Source of the DNA: Alphaproteobacteria bacterium
GTDB lineage: Bacteria; Pseudomonadota; Alphaproteobacteria; SMXQ01
Direction: 5' to 3'
DNA length: 64,000 nucleotides
Assembly: GCA_035714115.1 (NCBI GenBank)
Contig: DASTMO010000033.1
Location: 29,451-93,450 of the forward strand
Shown here: piece by piece, positions 45,577 through 55,373 of the stretch
Layout of the letters: each line of letters begins with the position of its first letter
How positions within the stretch are numbered: the stretch's first letter is position 1
Position numbers and translations under genes: made by a program
The notes under the pieces: model-generated
Told to the model about the DNA's origin: nothing
Seen by the model: only the letters and a program-made list of their open reading frames with translations
Databases searched by the model: none

Positions 45577-46013
45577 TTCTTTTTTCCGAGCCCGAAGCCG
45601 ACGGCGGCCACCCCGGCGAGAATGCCGAGCATGGCGATACCGCCGTTCTTGCCGCGCCCGAGCTCGCTCATGGAGCGGCTGAGCTGCTCGATCGCCAGCA
45701 CGGCTTCGGCTTCCGGCGGCGGCGGAGCCGGCGGCGCGACATCGAACTTCTTGTTCGGCGGCCAGCAGACCACGGCTGCGCAGAGCACGGTCAGCGCGAT
45801 CAACACCGCCGCGACGATCGCGGCGGCGTCGAGCGTCGGATGGGTCTGGGCCAGCCAGAGGTAGCCGCTGAAAGCGATGAAAATCACCGCCGCGATGCCG
45901 ACGATCAGCGCGAGAACCGCGAAGACGATGCGCGTCTTCGCGGTCTCGATGAATTGCTTCGGCCCCTCGAGTATGGTCTGCCCGAGAAGCTGCGTGAGCA
46001 TCGGCACCAGCAT
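45573..46013 (-). CDS. Phage-holin-family-like small membrane protein (stress cluster, not prophage)
   Basis: 146 aa with 2-3 TM helices; immediately downstream of DUF883 gene, an arrangement common in alphaproteobacterial stress operons. Confidence 0.5.
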   Translation of the reverse strand: MLVPMLTQLLGQTILEGPKQFIETAKTRIVFAVLALIVGIAAVIFIAFSGYLWLAQTHPTLDAAAIVAAVLIALTVLCAAVVCWPPNKKFDVAPPAPPPPEAEAVLAIEQLSRSMSELGRGKNGGIAMLGILAGVAAVGFGLGKKN

Positions 46014-46016
46014 GGC

Positions 46017-46334
46017 TTAGCGGCCGCGGCAGAGCATGCCGAGCACGACGCCGACGCCCAGCGCCACCGACACAGCGGTCAGCGGGTTCTTGGCGATGGC
46101 GTCCTGAGTCTCGGCCGTCACGCGTTCGGCCTGCTCGCGCACTTGCGAGAGGGCTTCTTCGCCCTGGCTGACGACGGACTGCAGGTTGGCGCGCAGCACG
46201 TCGGACAGCTCGCCGCCGCGATCGGCGGTGATGTCGTTGACCGTATCGGTCAGTTTGCGGATCTGCTTGCGCAGTTGGGCGACGTCCGACTTGTAGCCCT
46301 CGATGACATCGTTGGCGGAGCGGGCGGTGGCCAT
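46017..46334 (-). CDS. DUF883 (ElaB/YqjD/YgaM) family protein
   Basis: Start re-set to MATARSANDV; coiled-coil followed by C-terminal TM anchor 'LTAVSVALGVGVVLGMLCRGR'; possible CGAAC-N16-CGTT promoter at 46377-46401 (minus). Confidence 0.7.
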   Translation of the reverse strand: MATARSANDVIEGYKSDVAQLRKQIRKLTDTVNDITADRGGELSDVLRANLQSVVSQGEEALSQVREQAERVTAETQDAIAKNPLTAVSVALGVGVVLGMLCRGR

Positions 46335-46543
46335 GGCGAATCTCCAGCATGCAAAAAAATGGAATGACAGAGAAGGAACGCTGGCGCGGCTGAAAGGTTC
46401 GGCGGCTCGCTGAAAAGACGGGACTTTTTTCCTTCGGCGCGCGGCGCGGGAGCGGCGTTGACAGCGCCGGCCGAGGCCGCGAAAATCAAGAAAACCAATG
46501 AAAAACAGCGGTTTCAGCCGCTGAAACAGCAGGGAGAAGCGCA

Positions 46544-47593
46544 ATGGGTAGCATCGACGCCGATGCCCACGTGATCGAGACCGTCCGGACCTTCGACTTC
46601 ATCGACGAAGCCTATAAAAAGCTGCGCCCGATGGTCGTCGAGCAGGTGTCCGGCAACAGCGTGGCGAGCAACGAAGGCGGCGTGCAGAAGCGCTTCTGGG
46701 TGATCGACGGCCGCGTTCAGCCGATGGAAGGCAATATCGGCTCCAACACCTCCGAGGAATCGCGCGAGATGCGCAACGTCTCGGCCCGTCTCGAACATAT
46801 GGACGAGCTGGAGATCGACGTTCAGGTGCTCTACCCGACCGTCTTCCTGCGCGCCTGGACGCAAAACGAGCAGATCGAATACGCCCTCTGCCAAAGCTAC
46901 AATCGCTGGCTGGCCGATATCTGGAAGCAGTCGAACAACCGTCTGCGCTGGGTGGTGATGCCGCCGCTGCTGTCGTCGTGGGATAAGATCCGCGCCGAAC
47001 TGGAGTTCGGTAAGGCCAACGGCGCTTGCGGCATCTTCATCCGCGGCCTCGAGATCGAGATGAAGCTGTCCGACCAGCATTTCCATCCGCTGTGGAAGAT
47101 GGCAGAAGAACTGGATCTCGCAGTCGCTTTCCATTCGGGCAACAACAGCTTCGCCGTGCGCGACATCTTCAAGGATGAATGCGGTTTTTCGCGCTCGAAG
47201 CTGCCGGTCGTCGGCGCGTTTCACGCCCTCCTGATGGAAGGCGTGCCGTCGAAATTCCCGAAAGTGCGCTGGGGTTTCGTCGAGGTCAGCGCCGAGTGGC
47301 TGCCCTATGCGCTCAACGATCTAGAACTGCGCTTCAAGCGCAAGGGCAAGCGTTTCCCCAAGAGCCCGCTGAAAGAGAACAACATGTGGGTCGCCTGCCA
47401 GGTGACGGACGACCTGCCCTACATCATCGACCATGTCGGCGAGGACAATCTGGTGGTCGGCACCGATTACGGCCATGCCGACACCTCGGCCCAGATCGAA
47501 GCGCTGCGCATGCTGCGCGACAACGGCAAGATCGCCCGCAGCGCCATCGACAAGATCTTGGACGCCAATTCGCGCGCGCTCTACGGCCTCTGA
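46544..47593 (+). CDS. Amidohydrolase-2 family metal-dependent hydrolase/decarboxylase
   Basis: 'MGSIDADAHV' (N-terminal His pair context), 'AFHSG', 'VVGTDYGHAD' metal ligands typical of PF04909. Confidence 0.7.
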   Translation: MGSIDADAHVIETVRTFDFIDEAYKKLRPMVVEQVSGNSVASNEGGVQKRFWVIDGRVQPMEGNIGSNTSEESREMRNVSARLEHMDELEIDVQVLYPTVFLRAWTQNEQIEYALCQSYNRWLADIWKQSNNRLRWVVMPPLLSSWDKIRAELEFGKANGACGIFIRGLEIEMKLSDQHFHPLWKMAEELDLAVAFHSGNNSFAVRDIFKDECGFSRSKLPVVGAFHALLMEGVPSKFPKVRWGFVEVSAEWLPYALNDLELRFKRKGKRFPKSPLKENNMWVACQVTDDLPYIIDHVGEDNLVVGTDYGHADTSAQIEALRMLRDNGKIARSAIDKILDANSRALYGL

Positions 47594-47611
47594 GGCGCAC
47601 GGCTCTAACGA

Positions 47612-47645
47612 AAGGCCCGTCCCGTGAGGGGCGGGCCTTTTTCGT
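47612..47645. terminator. Bidirectional terminator between amidohydrolase (+) and ABC ATPase (-)
   Basis: 'aaaggcccgtcccgtgaggggcgggcctttttcg'. Confidence 0.6.
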
Positions 47646-47660
47646 TAAGCTTCTATGCTC

Positions 47661-48776
47661 TTAAGCCTCGATGAGGGCAATCGTACGATCCGGCGCGAAG
47701 GCGAGGGTGACGGCATCGCCGGGCGCGATGGGCTGCACGAAGGGCGTACGCACGAGGAATTCCTTGCTGCCGGCGGCGACGACATATTCGACGATCTCGC
47801 CGAGATAGGTCTCGGCCGTGAGCGTGCCGGTCAGGCGGTTGTCGCTCTCGGCTTCGATGGGCGTACCGGCCTTGCGGATGCGGATATGTTCCGGCCGCAC
47901 CACGACGGCGAGGGACTTTGTCGCCGGCACGGCGGCCGGGAAGAAGCAGTTGAGCGGCCCGAGCGCCGTCGTCACGCTGCGGATGGTCTCGGCGCTCGCG
48001 TCGGCGGCGAGTTCGCCGTGGATCAGGTTGGTGCGGCCGATGAAGTTGGCGACGAATTCCGACGTCGGGCGGTTGTAGATCTCTTTCGGCGCGCCGAGCT
48101 GGACGATCTTGCCCTCGTTCATCACGGCGATGCGGTCCGAAATCGCCAGGGCTTCGGACTGGTCGTGGGTGACATAGATCGCCGTCACGCCGGTTTCCTT
48201 CTGCAGGCGCTTCAATTCCGAACGCATCTGCTCGCGCAATTGAGCGTCGAGGTTCGACAGCGGCTCGTCCAATAAGAGAAGGTCCGGCTCGCGCGTGAAG
48301 GCGCGGGCCAGGGCCAGACGTTGCTGCTGGCCGCCCGACAGCTGGGTCGAGGGGCGCTGGATGAAGGCGCCGAGGCCGACCATGTCGAGCGCCTCCTTCA
48401 CCTTGCGCTCGATTTCGGCGGATGAATGCTTCTTCTTGCGCCCGACTTTGAGCGGATAGGCGGCGTTCTCGAACACCGTCATGTGCGGCCAGATGGCGTA
48501 GCTCTGGAACACCATGCCGATGTCGCGGTCGTACATCGGCACGTTGGCGCCCGTCGCCGAGTTGTAGAGGTCGCGGTCCTTGAGCTGGATGCGGCCCTGT
48601 TGCGGCGTCTCCAGGCCGGCGATGGAGCGCAGCGTCGTCGTCTTGCCGCAGCCCGAAGGCCCGAGCAGCGTGAACAGCTCGCCTTCCTTCAACGCGAAGT
48701 CGGCGCCGAACACGCCTCCGCCGGGCGTGCCGTCGTAGCTGGTGTATTGCTTGAACAGGCCGGAAACGGAAAGCAT
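47661..48776 (-). CDS. ABC transporter ATP-binding protein (Fe3+/polyamine importer type, with C-terminal TOBE domain)
   Basis: Walker A 'LLGPSGCGKTT', signature 'LSGGQQQRLALARA', Walker B 'LLLLDEP'. Confidence 0.9.
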   Translation of the reverse strand: MLSVSGLFKQYTSYDGTPGGGVFGADFALKEGELFTLLGPSGCGKTTTLRSIAGLETPQQGRIQLKDRDLYNSATGANVPMYDRDIGMVFQSYAIWPHMTVFENAAYPLKVGRKKKHSSAEIERKVKEALDMVGLGAFIQRPSTQLSGGQQQRLALARAFTREPDLLLLDEPLSNLDAQLREQMRSELKRLQKETGVTAIYVTHDQSEALAISDRIAVMNEGKIVQLGAPKEIYNRPTSEFVANFIGRTNLIHGELAADASAETIRSVTTALGPLNCFFPAAVPATKSLAVVVRPEHIRIRKAGTPIEAESDNRLTGTLTAETYLGEIVEYVVAAGSKEFLVRTPFVQPIAPGDAVTLAFAPDRTIALIEA

Positions 48777-48783
48777 GGGGCTC

Positions 48784-50529
48784 CTAGCGGATGGCGAGGC
48801 CGTAGCGGCGGGCGATGAGATAAAAAGTCGTGCTGACCACCGTCATCAGCGTCATCCAGGTGACGCCCATGGCGGCCAGTTCGGTGACTTGGCCGTTCTC
48901 CCAGAGATCGAACAGCGTTACGGCGATGATCTGCGATTTCGGGCCGACGAGCAGGATCTGCGCCGCCACCGCCTTGACCGACAGCAGGAAGACGAAGAGC
49001 CAGCAGGTGATCAGCGCCGGGGTGATCAGCGGCACCACCACGCGCAGGAAGGTCGTCGACTGCCGCGCGCCGGACAGCGCCGAGGCCTCCTCCAGCTCGC
49101 GATGGACCTGCAGCACCCCGGCGTAGGAATAGCGCATGCCGTAGGGCAGGTAGCGCACCATGGAGGCGAGGATCACCGACAGCAGCGTGCCGTAAAAGGC
49201 GAAGGGCATGTGCAGGAAGACGTTGAGGAAGGCCACGCCCATGACGATGGCGGGGAAGATCAGCGGCATGGTCGCGAGCTGATCGAGCAGCCAGGCGCCG
49301 CGGTGGCGCCGCGCGGCAAGCCAGGCGCAAAGCGCGGTGAAGGGGCAGACCAGGCTGGCGGTCGCCGCGCCGAGGATCAGGGTATTGCCGATCGAGCCTT
49401 TGAAGCTCGCCGAATTGAACACCTGCATGTAATTGGCGGTGGTGAAGAGCGTGAAGGACTTCGCCGTCACGCCTTCGTAGTAAGGCAAGAAGGAGGCGTA
49501 GACGACGATGCCGACCGGCAAGCCGATCATGATGACGAACATCAGCACCAGCATGGCGCAGGTCAGCCAGCGCCATTTGCCGAGATCCATCACGCGCGGG
49601 CGAAAGCCCTTGCCGGTGATGGTCTGGTACTTTTCGGCGTTGCGCGAGAGGCGGTTGTACCAGAGCAGCAGGCCGATCACGATCGCCATGAGGGCGATGG
49701 AGAAGGCGCCGGCCTGGCCGTAGTTGGCCGGCACCGTGCGTTGGATGCTGTCGTAGATCTGCGTGGTGAGCACATGAACGTTGCCCGGCCGCCCCACTAG
49801 GGCCGGCGTCTCGAAGCTTTCGAAGGCGCGGATGAAGATCAGGATCAGCAGCGCCATGATGCCGGGCGTGGCGAGGCGCAAAGTGATGTGGCGGAAGGTC
49901 TGGCTGATGCCGGCGCCGCTCATCATCGAGGCTTCCTCGAAGGAGGCGTCGTTCGAGCGGAAGACCGAGGAGAGCAGCAGGAAGGTGAGGGGGGCGAAGT
50001 CGATGCCCTCGACGATCACCATGCCCCACATGGAATAGACGTTGATGATCGGCACTGAGCTGTCGGTCAGCCACATCAGCGCCTGATTGACCGGGCCGGC
50101 CTTGCCGAGGATCAGCAGGAAGGAGACGGTGTAGAGCACGCTCGGGATGCCGAGCGAGATGATCGAGATCAGGAAGACGTAATGGCGCAGCGGCGTATTG
50201 GTGCGCTCGACGATCCAGGCTTGCAGCACGCCGAGAGTGAGCGCCACCGCCGCCGAGCCGATGGCGTAGACGCAGGCGTTCACCAGATTGTTGAAAAAAC
50301 GCGGGTTGGTGAACAGCTCGACGTAATAGCGGAAGGTGAACTGGTCGAACGAGCCGTCGAAATTGGTGGTGTAGAGGCTCGTCTGGATCAGGTAGATCGT
50401 CGGCGGCACCAGGAAGACGAGCAGCACGGCGATGAGCACGGCCACCAGTGGCGAGACGCCGAACCCGGCGAATCGACGCGCGCCGCCCGGCGCGGTTGCG
50501 CCGAGCGAAGTCTGCGGTGCGCTGCTCAT
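48784..50529 (-). CDS. ABC transporter permease, fused double-domain (iron(III)-type)
   Basis: 581 aa, ~12 TM helices; two EAA-like loops ('EEASALSGARQSTTFLRVVVP', 'FEEASMMSGAGISQTFRHITL'). Confidence 0.85.
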   Translation of the reverse strand: MSSAPQTSLGATAPGGARRFAGFGVSPLVAVLIAVLLVFLVPPTIYLIQTSLYTTNFDGSFDQFTFRYYVELFTNPRFFNNLVNACVYAIGSAAVALTLGVLQAWIVERTNTPLRHYVFLISIISLGIPSVLYTVSFLLILGKAGPVNQALMWLTDSSVPIINVYSMWGMVIVEGIDFAPLTFLLLSSVFRSNDASFEEASMMSGAGISQTFRHITLRLATPGIMALLILIFIRAFESFETPALVGRPGNVHVLTTQIYDSIQRTVPANYGQAGAFSIALMAIVIGLLLWYNRLSRNAEKYQTITGKGFRPRVMDLGKWRWLTCAMLVLMFVIMIGLPVGIVVYASFLPYYEGVTAKSFTLFTTANYMQVFNSASFKGSIGNTLILGAATASLVCPFTALCAWLAARRHRGAWLLDQLATMPLIFPAIVMGVAFLNVFLHMPFAFYGTLLSVILASMVRYLPYGMRYSYAGVLQVHRELEEASALSGARQSTTFLRVVVPLITPALITCWLFVFLLSVKAVAAQILLVGPKSQIIAVTLFDLWENGQVTELAAMGVTWMTLMTVVSTTFYLIARRYGLAIR

Positions 50530-50566
50530 ACTGCCGTGATGCCTTTCGCCGCCACGCTAACCGCGC

Positions 50567-51646
50567 TCAGTTCTTGAAGTACTTGTTGAGCGCGCCTTCA
50601 GCCTTGTCGTTCAGCTCGAACAGCTTCTGCGGCGTGATGAAGTTCTCTTTCAGTCCGGCCTTCTTCGGGATGATCGAGGCGAGGGCCGGGCTGGTGCTGG
50701 CGTCCGGATGGGCCGGCAGGTAGTCGGCGGCCTCGAGGGTCGCCTGGCCCTCCTTCGACAGCATGTAGTCGATCAGCAGCATGGCGGCATGCGGGTTGGG
50801 CGCGCCCTTCACGAACAGCACCGTGCCGTTCAGGCTCGGCACCGGCTGCAGCGGCAGCGCGGCGACAGGCGCGCCTTTCTGGGCGCTGATCACCGGATGA
50901 TGCAGGAAGATGTTGAGCGCCATCGGATATTCGCCGGACATGACGTTGTTCACCAAGGTGCGGGCGCTGCCGGTGAAGTTGACGATTTTCTGCTGCGCCA
51001 GCTTCTGGAAATAGGCGTCGGCCTTCTGCTCGCCCATGTCCATGATGGCGTTAGTGATGAACAGCAGGTTGCCGCTGTCAGAGCCTTCACGCCAGGCGAG
51101 CTTGCCCTTCCATTTCGGATCGAGCAGGTCTTCGTAGCTCTTGGGCGCATCGGCCGGCTTGACCAAGTTGGTGTTGTAGGCCACGCCGAAATAGCTGAAC
51201 CGCGTCGGCCCCCAGAGGCGGCGCGGGTCGCGGTAGTCGGCCGGGTAGGAATCGAGCTGCGGCGAATTGAACGGCAGCACCACGTTCGCCTTGATCAACG
51301 GTTCGGACAGGCTGGTGCTTTCCGCCACGTCGGCGACGATCGACTTGGCGCGCGCTTCGGCCAGAATCTTCTGGACGATCTTGTTGCTGTCGGCGCGCCA
51401 GTATTCCGCTTTGATGTAGGGGTATTTCTTCATGAAGGCTTCGGTGATCGGCCGTAGCGCCTGATCGACGATCATGCCGGAATAGATCGTCACCTTGCCT
51501 TCCTTGCGCGCACCGTCTTCCAGGATCTTCTGGCGATCCGGCCCCTGCAGGTTGCCGATCTCTTCCTGGGTCAATGCGCTGGCCGAGCCGGTCCAGAGCA
51601 AAGCGGCGCTCAACGCGAAAGCGGACAGAATACGGGTGCCGGTCAT
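50567..51646 (-). CDS. ABC transporter periplasmic substrate-binding protein (SBP family 1, Fe3+/polyamine-like)
   Basis: Start re-set to MTGTRILSAFALSAALLWTGSASA signal peptide; ~360 aa. Confidence 0.8.
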   Translation of the reverse strand: MTGTRILSAFALSAALLWTGSASALTQEEIGNLQGPDRQKILEDGARKEGKVTIYSGMIVDQALRPITEAFMKKYPYIKAEYWRADSNKIVQKILAEARAKSIVADVAESTSLSEPLIKANVVLPFNSPQLDSYPADYRDPRRLWGPTRFSYFGVAYNTNLVKPADAPKSYEDLLDPKWKGKLAWREGSDSGNLLFITNAIMDMGEQKADAYFQKLAQQKIVNFTGSARTLVNNVMSGEYPMALNIFLHHPVISAQKGAPVAALPLQPVPSLNGTVLFVKGAPNPHAAMLLIDYMLSKEGQATLEAADYLPAHPDASTSPALASIIPKKAGLKENFITPQKLFELNDKAEGALNKYFKN

Positions 51647-51677
51647 GGTCGTGCTCTCCCTGTTGGGCCTCCGCTTC

Positions 51678-52784
51678 TTAGCGGGCGGCGGCCTTTTGCT
51701 TCTTGTCTTGCGCCAGAACGACGCCGCAGCCGGCGCCCTCGGGCAAATGCAGATGGCCGTCCTCGATTTCGATGCCGGAAAACGGATCGTCGAGCAGGCG
51801 GTCGAACTCGCCGAGCTCGCAGGCATATTCGATGCCGGGCGTGGCGGCGACCAGATGCATGGCGGTGGCCGAAAGAAGGCGCGAGCCGACGGCGGCGCCG
51901 AAGCGATATCGCACGCCGCCCGTCTCGCAGATGCGGATGGCGGCGATGGTGTTGCGCAGGCCGCCGAGCTTGGGAATCTTCAGGCTGACGGCATCGACCA
52001 TATGTTCGGTCACCAGCCGCATCACTTCCTGGAGCGAGCCGGCGCTCTCGTCGGCCTCGACAACGACCGGCACGGCCTGGGTCACGCTTTTCAAGCCGTG
52101 CAGGTCGTCAATCTTCACCGGCTGCTCGACCAGATCGATGTCGAACTCGGCCATCCGGTTGATCGCGGTGATCGCCGATTTGGCGTTGTAGGACTGGTTG
52201 GCGTCGATGGTGAGATGCACCTTATCGCCGACCTTCTTGCGGATCGCGCGCACGCAGGCGACGTCTTCCGCCACGTCGCCGTGCACCTTGATCTTGAGAT
52301 AGCTGTAGCCCTTGTCGACCAGTTTTTGGGCGCTGGCGGCCATCTCATCGGGCTTCTTGATGGCGAGAATGCGCAGGATCGGCACGCTGTCGCGCACCTT
52401 GCCGCCGAAGAGTTTATAAAGCGGCAAGTCGAGCGTGCGGGCCATCAGGTCATGCAGCGCGCAATCGATCGCCGCCTTGGCCTGGTTGTGGCCGTGCATG
52501 CTGGCTTCGAGCGCCAGCAGAATGGGCTCGATGTCGAAGATGTCGCGGCCCTTGAGGAGCGGCAGGAAGCGGTCGAGCGCAGCCTTCAGCGTCGCCTGGC
52601 TCGCGCCCATATGCGCGGTGGCCGAGGCATAGCCGTAGCCCGTCAGCCCGTTGTCGCCGGTGATGGCGACCACCAGACCCTCGGTGGTGGGATTGGCGCC
52701 GAGGGCGAACCGCCAGGTGGGGTCGTCCTTCGGCATGACGCAGGGAATCAGATTCGTCTCGCGAATCCGCGTCTCACGCAGCAT
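51678..52784 (-). CDS. Mandelate racemase/muconate-lactonizing enzyme family protein (enolase superfamily; possibly dipeptide/amino-acid epimerase)
   Basis: GGGAGGAG RBS before ATG 52784; 'KIKVHGD', 'LTIDANQSY', 'DLVEQPV', 'EADES' = KxK, metal ligands D-E-D pattern of MR/MLE. Confidence 0.85.
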   Translation of the reverse strand: MLRETRIRETNLIPCVMPKDDPTWRFALGANPTTEGLVVAITGDNGLTGYGYASATAHMGASQATLKAALDRFLPLLKGRDIFDIEPILLALEASMHGHNQAKAAIDCALHDLMARTLDLPLYKLFGGKVRDSVPILRILAIKKPDEMAASAQKLVDKGYSYLKIKVHGDVAEDVACVRAIRKKVGDKVHLTIDANQSYNAKSAITAINRMAEFDIDLVEQPVKIDDLHGLKSVTQAVPVVVEADESAGSLQEVMRLVTEHMVDAVSLKIPKLGGLRNTIAAIRICETGGVRYRFGAAVGSRLLSATAMHLVAATPGIEYACELGEFDRLLDDPFSGIEIEDGHLHLPEGAGCGVVLAQDKKQKAAAR

Positions 52785-53052
52785 GTCTCCTCCCGAGTCG
52801 CGCCCTGACCGATGAAATCGGTGCTGATTTTTTCAGCATTTCAGCGCGTTCTTATCTTTGTTGGCGACGACTCTAGTCAGCCCGGCGCGCCTTGGAAAGC
52901 CGCAATTTGCCGTTCCGCTCCGCGCGACGCTCGCATCTGCGTGAGCGTGCGGGGCTTGCCGCGTTGCGCGGCGGCGTATTAACTGGCGCCAGCACGACGC
53001 GCGGCCGCTTAAGAGTTGCGCGCGTAAAAAAATGAGACAGGGAGAACGGGAA

Positions 53053-54192
53053 ATGGCCGGTGCGCTCGACGGCATCAAGATTCTGGAAATCGCCAATTAC
53101 GTCAGCGGCCCTTTCGCCGGCGTCTTGCTGTCGGACCTCGGCGCCGATGTCATCAAGATCGAAGAGCCCAAGCACGGCGATCCGTTTCGTGGCTGGGGAC
53201 CGGCGGAATACAGCGCCACCTTCGGTTCGGTGAACCGCAACAAGAAAAGCGTCGCGCTCGATCTCAAATCGAAAGAGGGCGTCGAAGCCGCCCTGCGCCT
53301 CGCCGATGAAGCCGACGTGCTGATCGAGAATTTCCGCGTCGGCACGCTCGACCGTCTCGGTCTCGGCTATGAGACGCTGAAGGCGCGCAACCCCAAGCTG
53401 ATCTATTGCTCGATCACTGCTTTCGGCCCGACCGGGCCATACGCGAGCCGCGCCGGCTACGACACGGTCGGCCAGGCGATGAGCGGCCTCTTGGGTTTGC
53501 TCACCGATTTCGACAATCCCAAGCCCATGGGCATCTCGCTGTCCGATCATCTCACCGGCATGGTCGCCTGTTACGGCATCCTCGGGGCGCTGATGGCGCG
53601 CGAGCGCACCGGCAAGGGCCAGCGCGTCGAGACCTCGCTGCTGCAAGCCACCATGTCGCTGATGGGCGAGAACGCCGCGCGCTATTTCGAGAATCATGAA
53701 GTGCCGGCGCGCGCCACGCGCGCCCGTTCGGCCCAGGTGTTCGGCTTCGTCGCTTCCGACGGCAAGCCCTTCGTCGTGCATCTCTCCTCGCCGCCGAAAT
53801 TCTGGCAGGGGCTGGCGCGCGTCGTCGGCCATCCCGAATGGATCGAGGAGGAGCGCTTCATCAACAAGGACGCGCGCCGCAAGCTCTATCCCGAGCTGAC
53901 CAAGCTGCTCGCCGATGTGTTCAAGACCAACACGCGCGACCATTGGCTGAAACTGCTCCTGGAGGCCGACGTGCCGAGCGGCCCGGTCTACAATTTCGAG
54001 GAAGTATTCGACGATCCGCAGGTCAAGCATCTCGGCATGCGCGTCGAAGTCCCGCATCCGCTGGTCGGCAAGGTCGGCCTGATGGGCAGCGGCGTCTCCT
54101 TGAGCGACACGCCGACCGGCGTGCGCACGGCCGCGCCGGCGCTCGGCGCGCACAATGCCGAGATTCTCGGCAAGCTGATGGTGAAGCCGTGA
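53053..54192 (+). CDS. CoA-transferase family III (CaiB/BaiF)
   Basis: Start at second ATG (AGGGAGAA RBS); 'LDGIKILEIANYVSGPFAGVLLSDLGADVIKIEEPKHGDPFR' canonical CaiB/BaiF N-terminus. Confidence 0.85.
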   Translation: MAGALDGIKILEIANYVSGPFAGVLLSDLGADVIKIEEPKHGDPFRGWGPAEYSATFGSVNRNKKSVALDLKSKEGVEAALRLADEADVLIENFRVGTLDRLGLGYETLKARNPKLIYCSITAFGPTGPYASRAGYDTVGQAMSGLLGLLTDFDNPKPMGISLSDHLTGMVACYGILGALMARERTGKGQRVETSLLQATMSLMGENAARYFENHEVPARATRARSAQVFGFVASDGKPFVVHLSSPPKFWQGLARVVGHPEWIEEERFINKDARRKLYPELTKLLADVFKTNTRDHWLKLLLEADVPSGPVYNFEEVFDDPQVKHLGMRVEVPHPLVGKVGLMGSGVSLSDTPTGVRTAAPALGAHNAEILGKLMVKP

Positions 54193-55373
54193 ACATCAAT
54201 CCTTCGCAAGGCTTGCGCGACAAATGCGCCATCGTCGGCATCGGCAACAGCCGGCTCGGCAAGGTGCCGGGCGTCTCCAGCCTCGATCTCTTGGTCGAGG
54301 CCATGGTCAACGCGCTCGATGACGCCGGTCTGAAGACTTCCGACATCGATGGGCTGATTTGCCGCGGGCCGGACGACGCCTACGGCCATCATCAGCTGAT
54401 CGGCGCGCGCCTCGGCATCAACGCGCGAATCTCGACGACGATGGATAACGGCGGCGCCAGCCAGATCCTCTCCATCGCCATGGCGGTCATGGCGATCGAG
54501 GCGGGCCTCGCGACCACGGTGCTGTGCGGCTATGGCCGCGACGCCTGGTCGCGCACCCATGCCACCGAGGAGGCGCGCGTGCGCAACGAGACGCGCCCCG
54601 CCAGCCAGCGCCCGCGCGAGTTCGGCCCGGAATACGGCTATTTCGGCGCGGTCGCGGCCCATGCCTTCGGCGCGCAGCGCCACATGCATCTTTATGGCAC
54701 CAAGCGCGATCATTTCGCCGAGATCGCCGTGGCCTTCCGCGAGCACGCCCTGCGCAATCCGCAGGCGCAGATGAAGAAGCCTCTGACCAAGGCCGACTAT
54801 CATGACGCGCGGCTGATCGTCGCGCCCTTCGGCCTATTCGATTGCAGCTTGCGCAGCGATGCGGCCGGCGCGGTGATCGTCACCAGCCGCGAGCGCGCCA
54901 AGGACATGAAGCAGCCGGCCGTGCCGATCAAAGGCTTCGGCAGCTTCAACAACCTGCGCGGCTGGTTCAACGACGACAATATGGTCGTCACCGCCGCCAA
55001 GAAAAGCGGCGAGACGGCCTACAAGATGGCCGGCCTCGGCCCTGAGGACGTCGATACCGCGCAGCTTTATGACTGCTTCACCTACATGGTGCTGACGCAG
55101 CTCGAAGATTACGGTTTCTGCAAGAAGGGCGAGGGCGGCGAATTCGTCGCCTCGGGCGCGCTCAGGATGGGCGGCCGTCTGCCGACCAATACGTCAGGCG
55201 GTCAGCTTTCCGAATCACATGCCGAAGGCATGCTGCAGATCGTCGAGGGCGCGCGGCAGATGCGCCACACTTACGCGGCGGATCGGCAAGTGAAAGACGC
55301 GGAGATCGCTTTGATCTCCGGCCACGGCGGCAATCAGGTCTGCCATTCGACGCTGATTTTGGGGAGAGCGTGA
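54189..55373 (+). CDS. Thiolase-like protein (SCP2-type / lipid-transfer thiolase), GTG start overlapping upstream stop
   Basis: 'LRDKCAIVGIGNSRLGK' N-terminus and C-terminal 'GHGGN' typical of SCP-x-type thiolases; followed by DUF35 partner. Confidence 0.75.
   Translation: MNINPSQGLRDKCAIVGIGNSRLGKVPGVSSLDLLVEAMVNALDDAGLKTSDIDGLICRGPDDAYGHHQLIGARLGINARISTTMDNGGASQILSIAMAVMAIEAGLATTVLCGYGRDAWSRTHATEEARVRNETRPASQRPREFGPEYGYFGAVAAHAFGAQRHMHLYGTKRDHFAEIAVAFREHALRNPQAQMKKPLTKADYHDARLIVAPFGLFDCSLRSDAAGAVIVTSRERAKDMKQPAVPIKGFGSFNNLRGWFNDDNMVVTAAKKSGETAYKMAGLGPEDVDTAQLYDCFTYMVLTQLEDYGFCKKGEGGEFVASGALRMGGRLPTNTSGGQLSESHAEGMLQIVEGARQMRHTYAADRQVKDAEIALISGHGGNQVCHSTLILGRA

Noticed and set aside
45573-46013. 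Holin-family gene as evidence of a prophage
   Set aside because: There are no other phage genes. This holin-like family (with DUF883) is a recurrent chromosomal stress-operon component.
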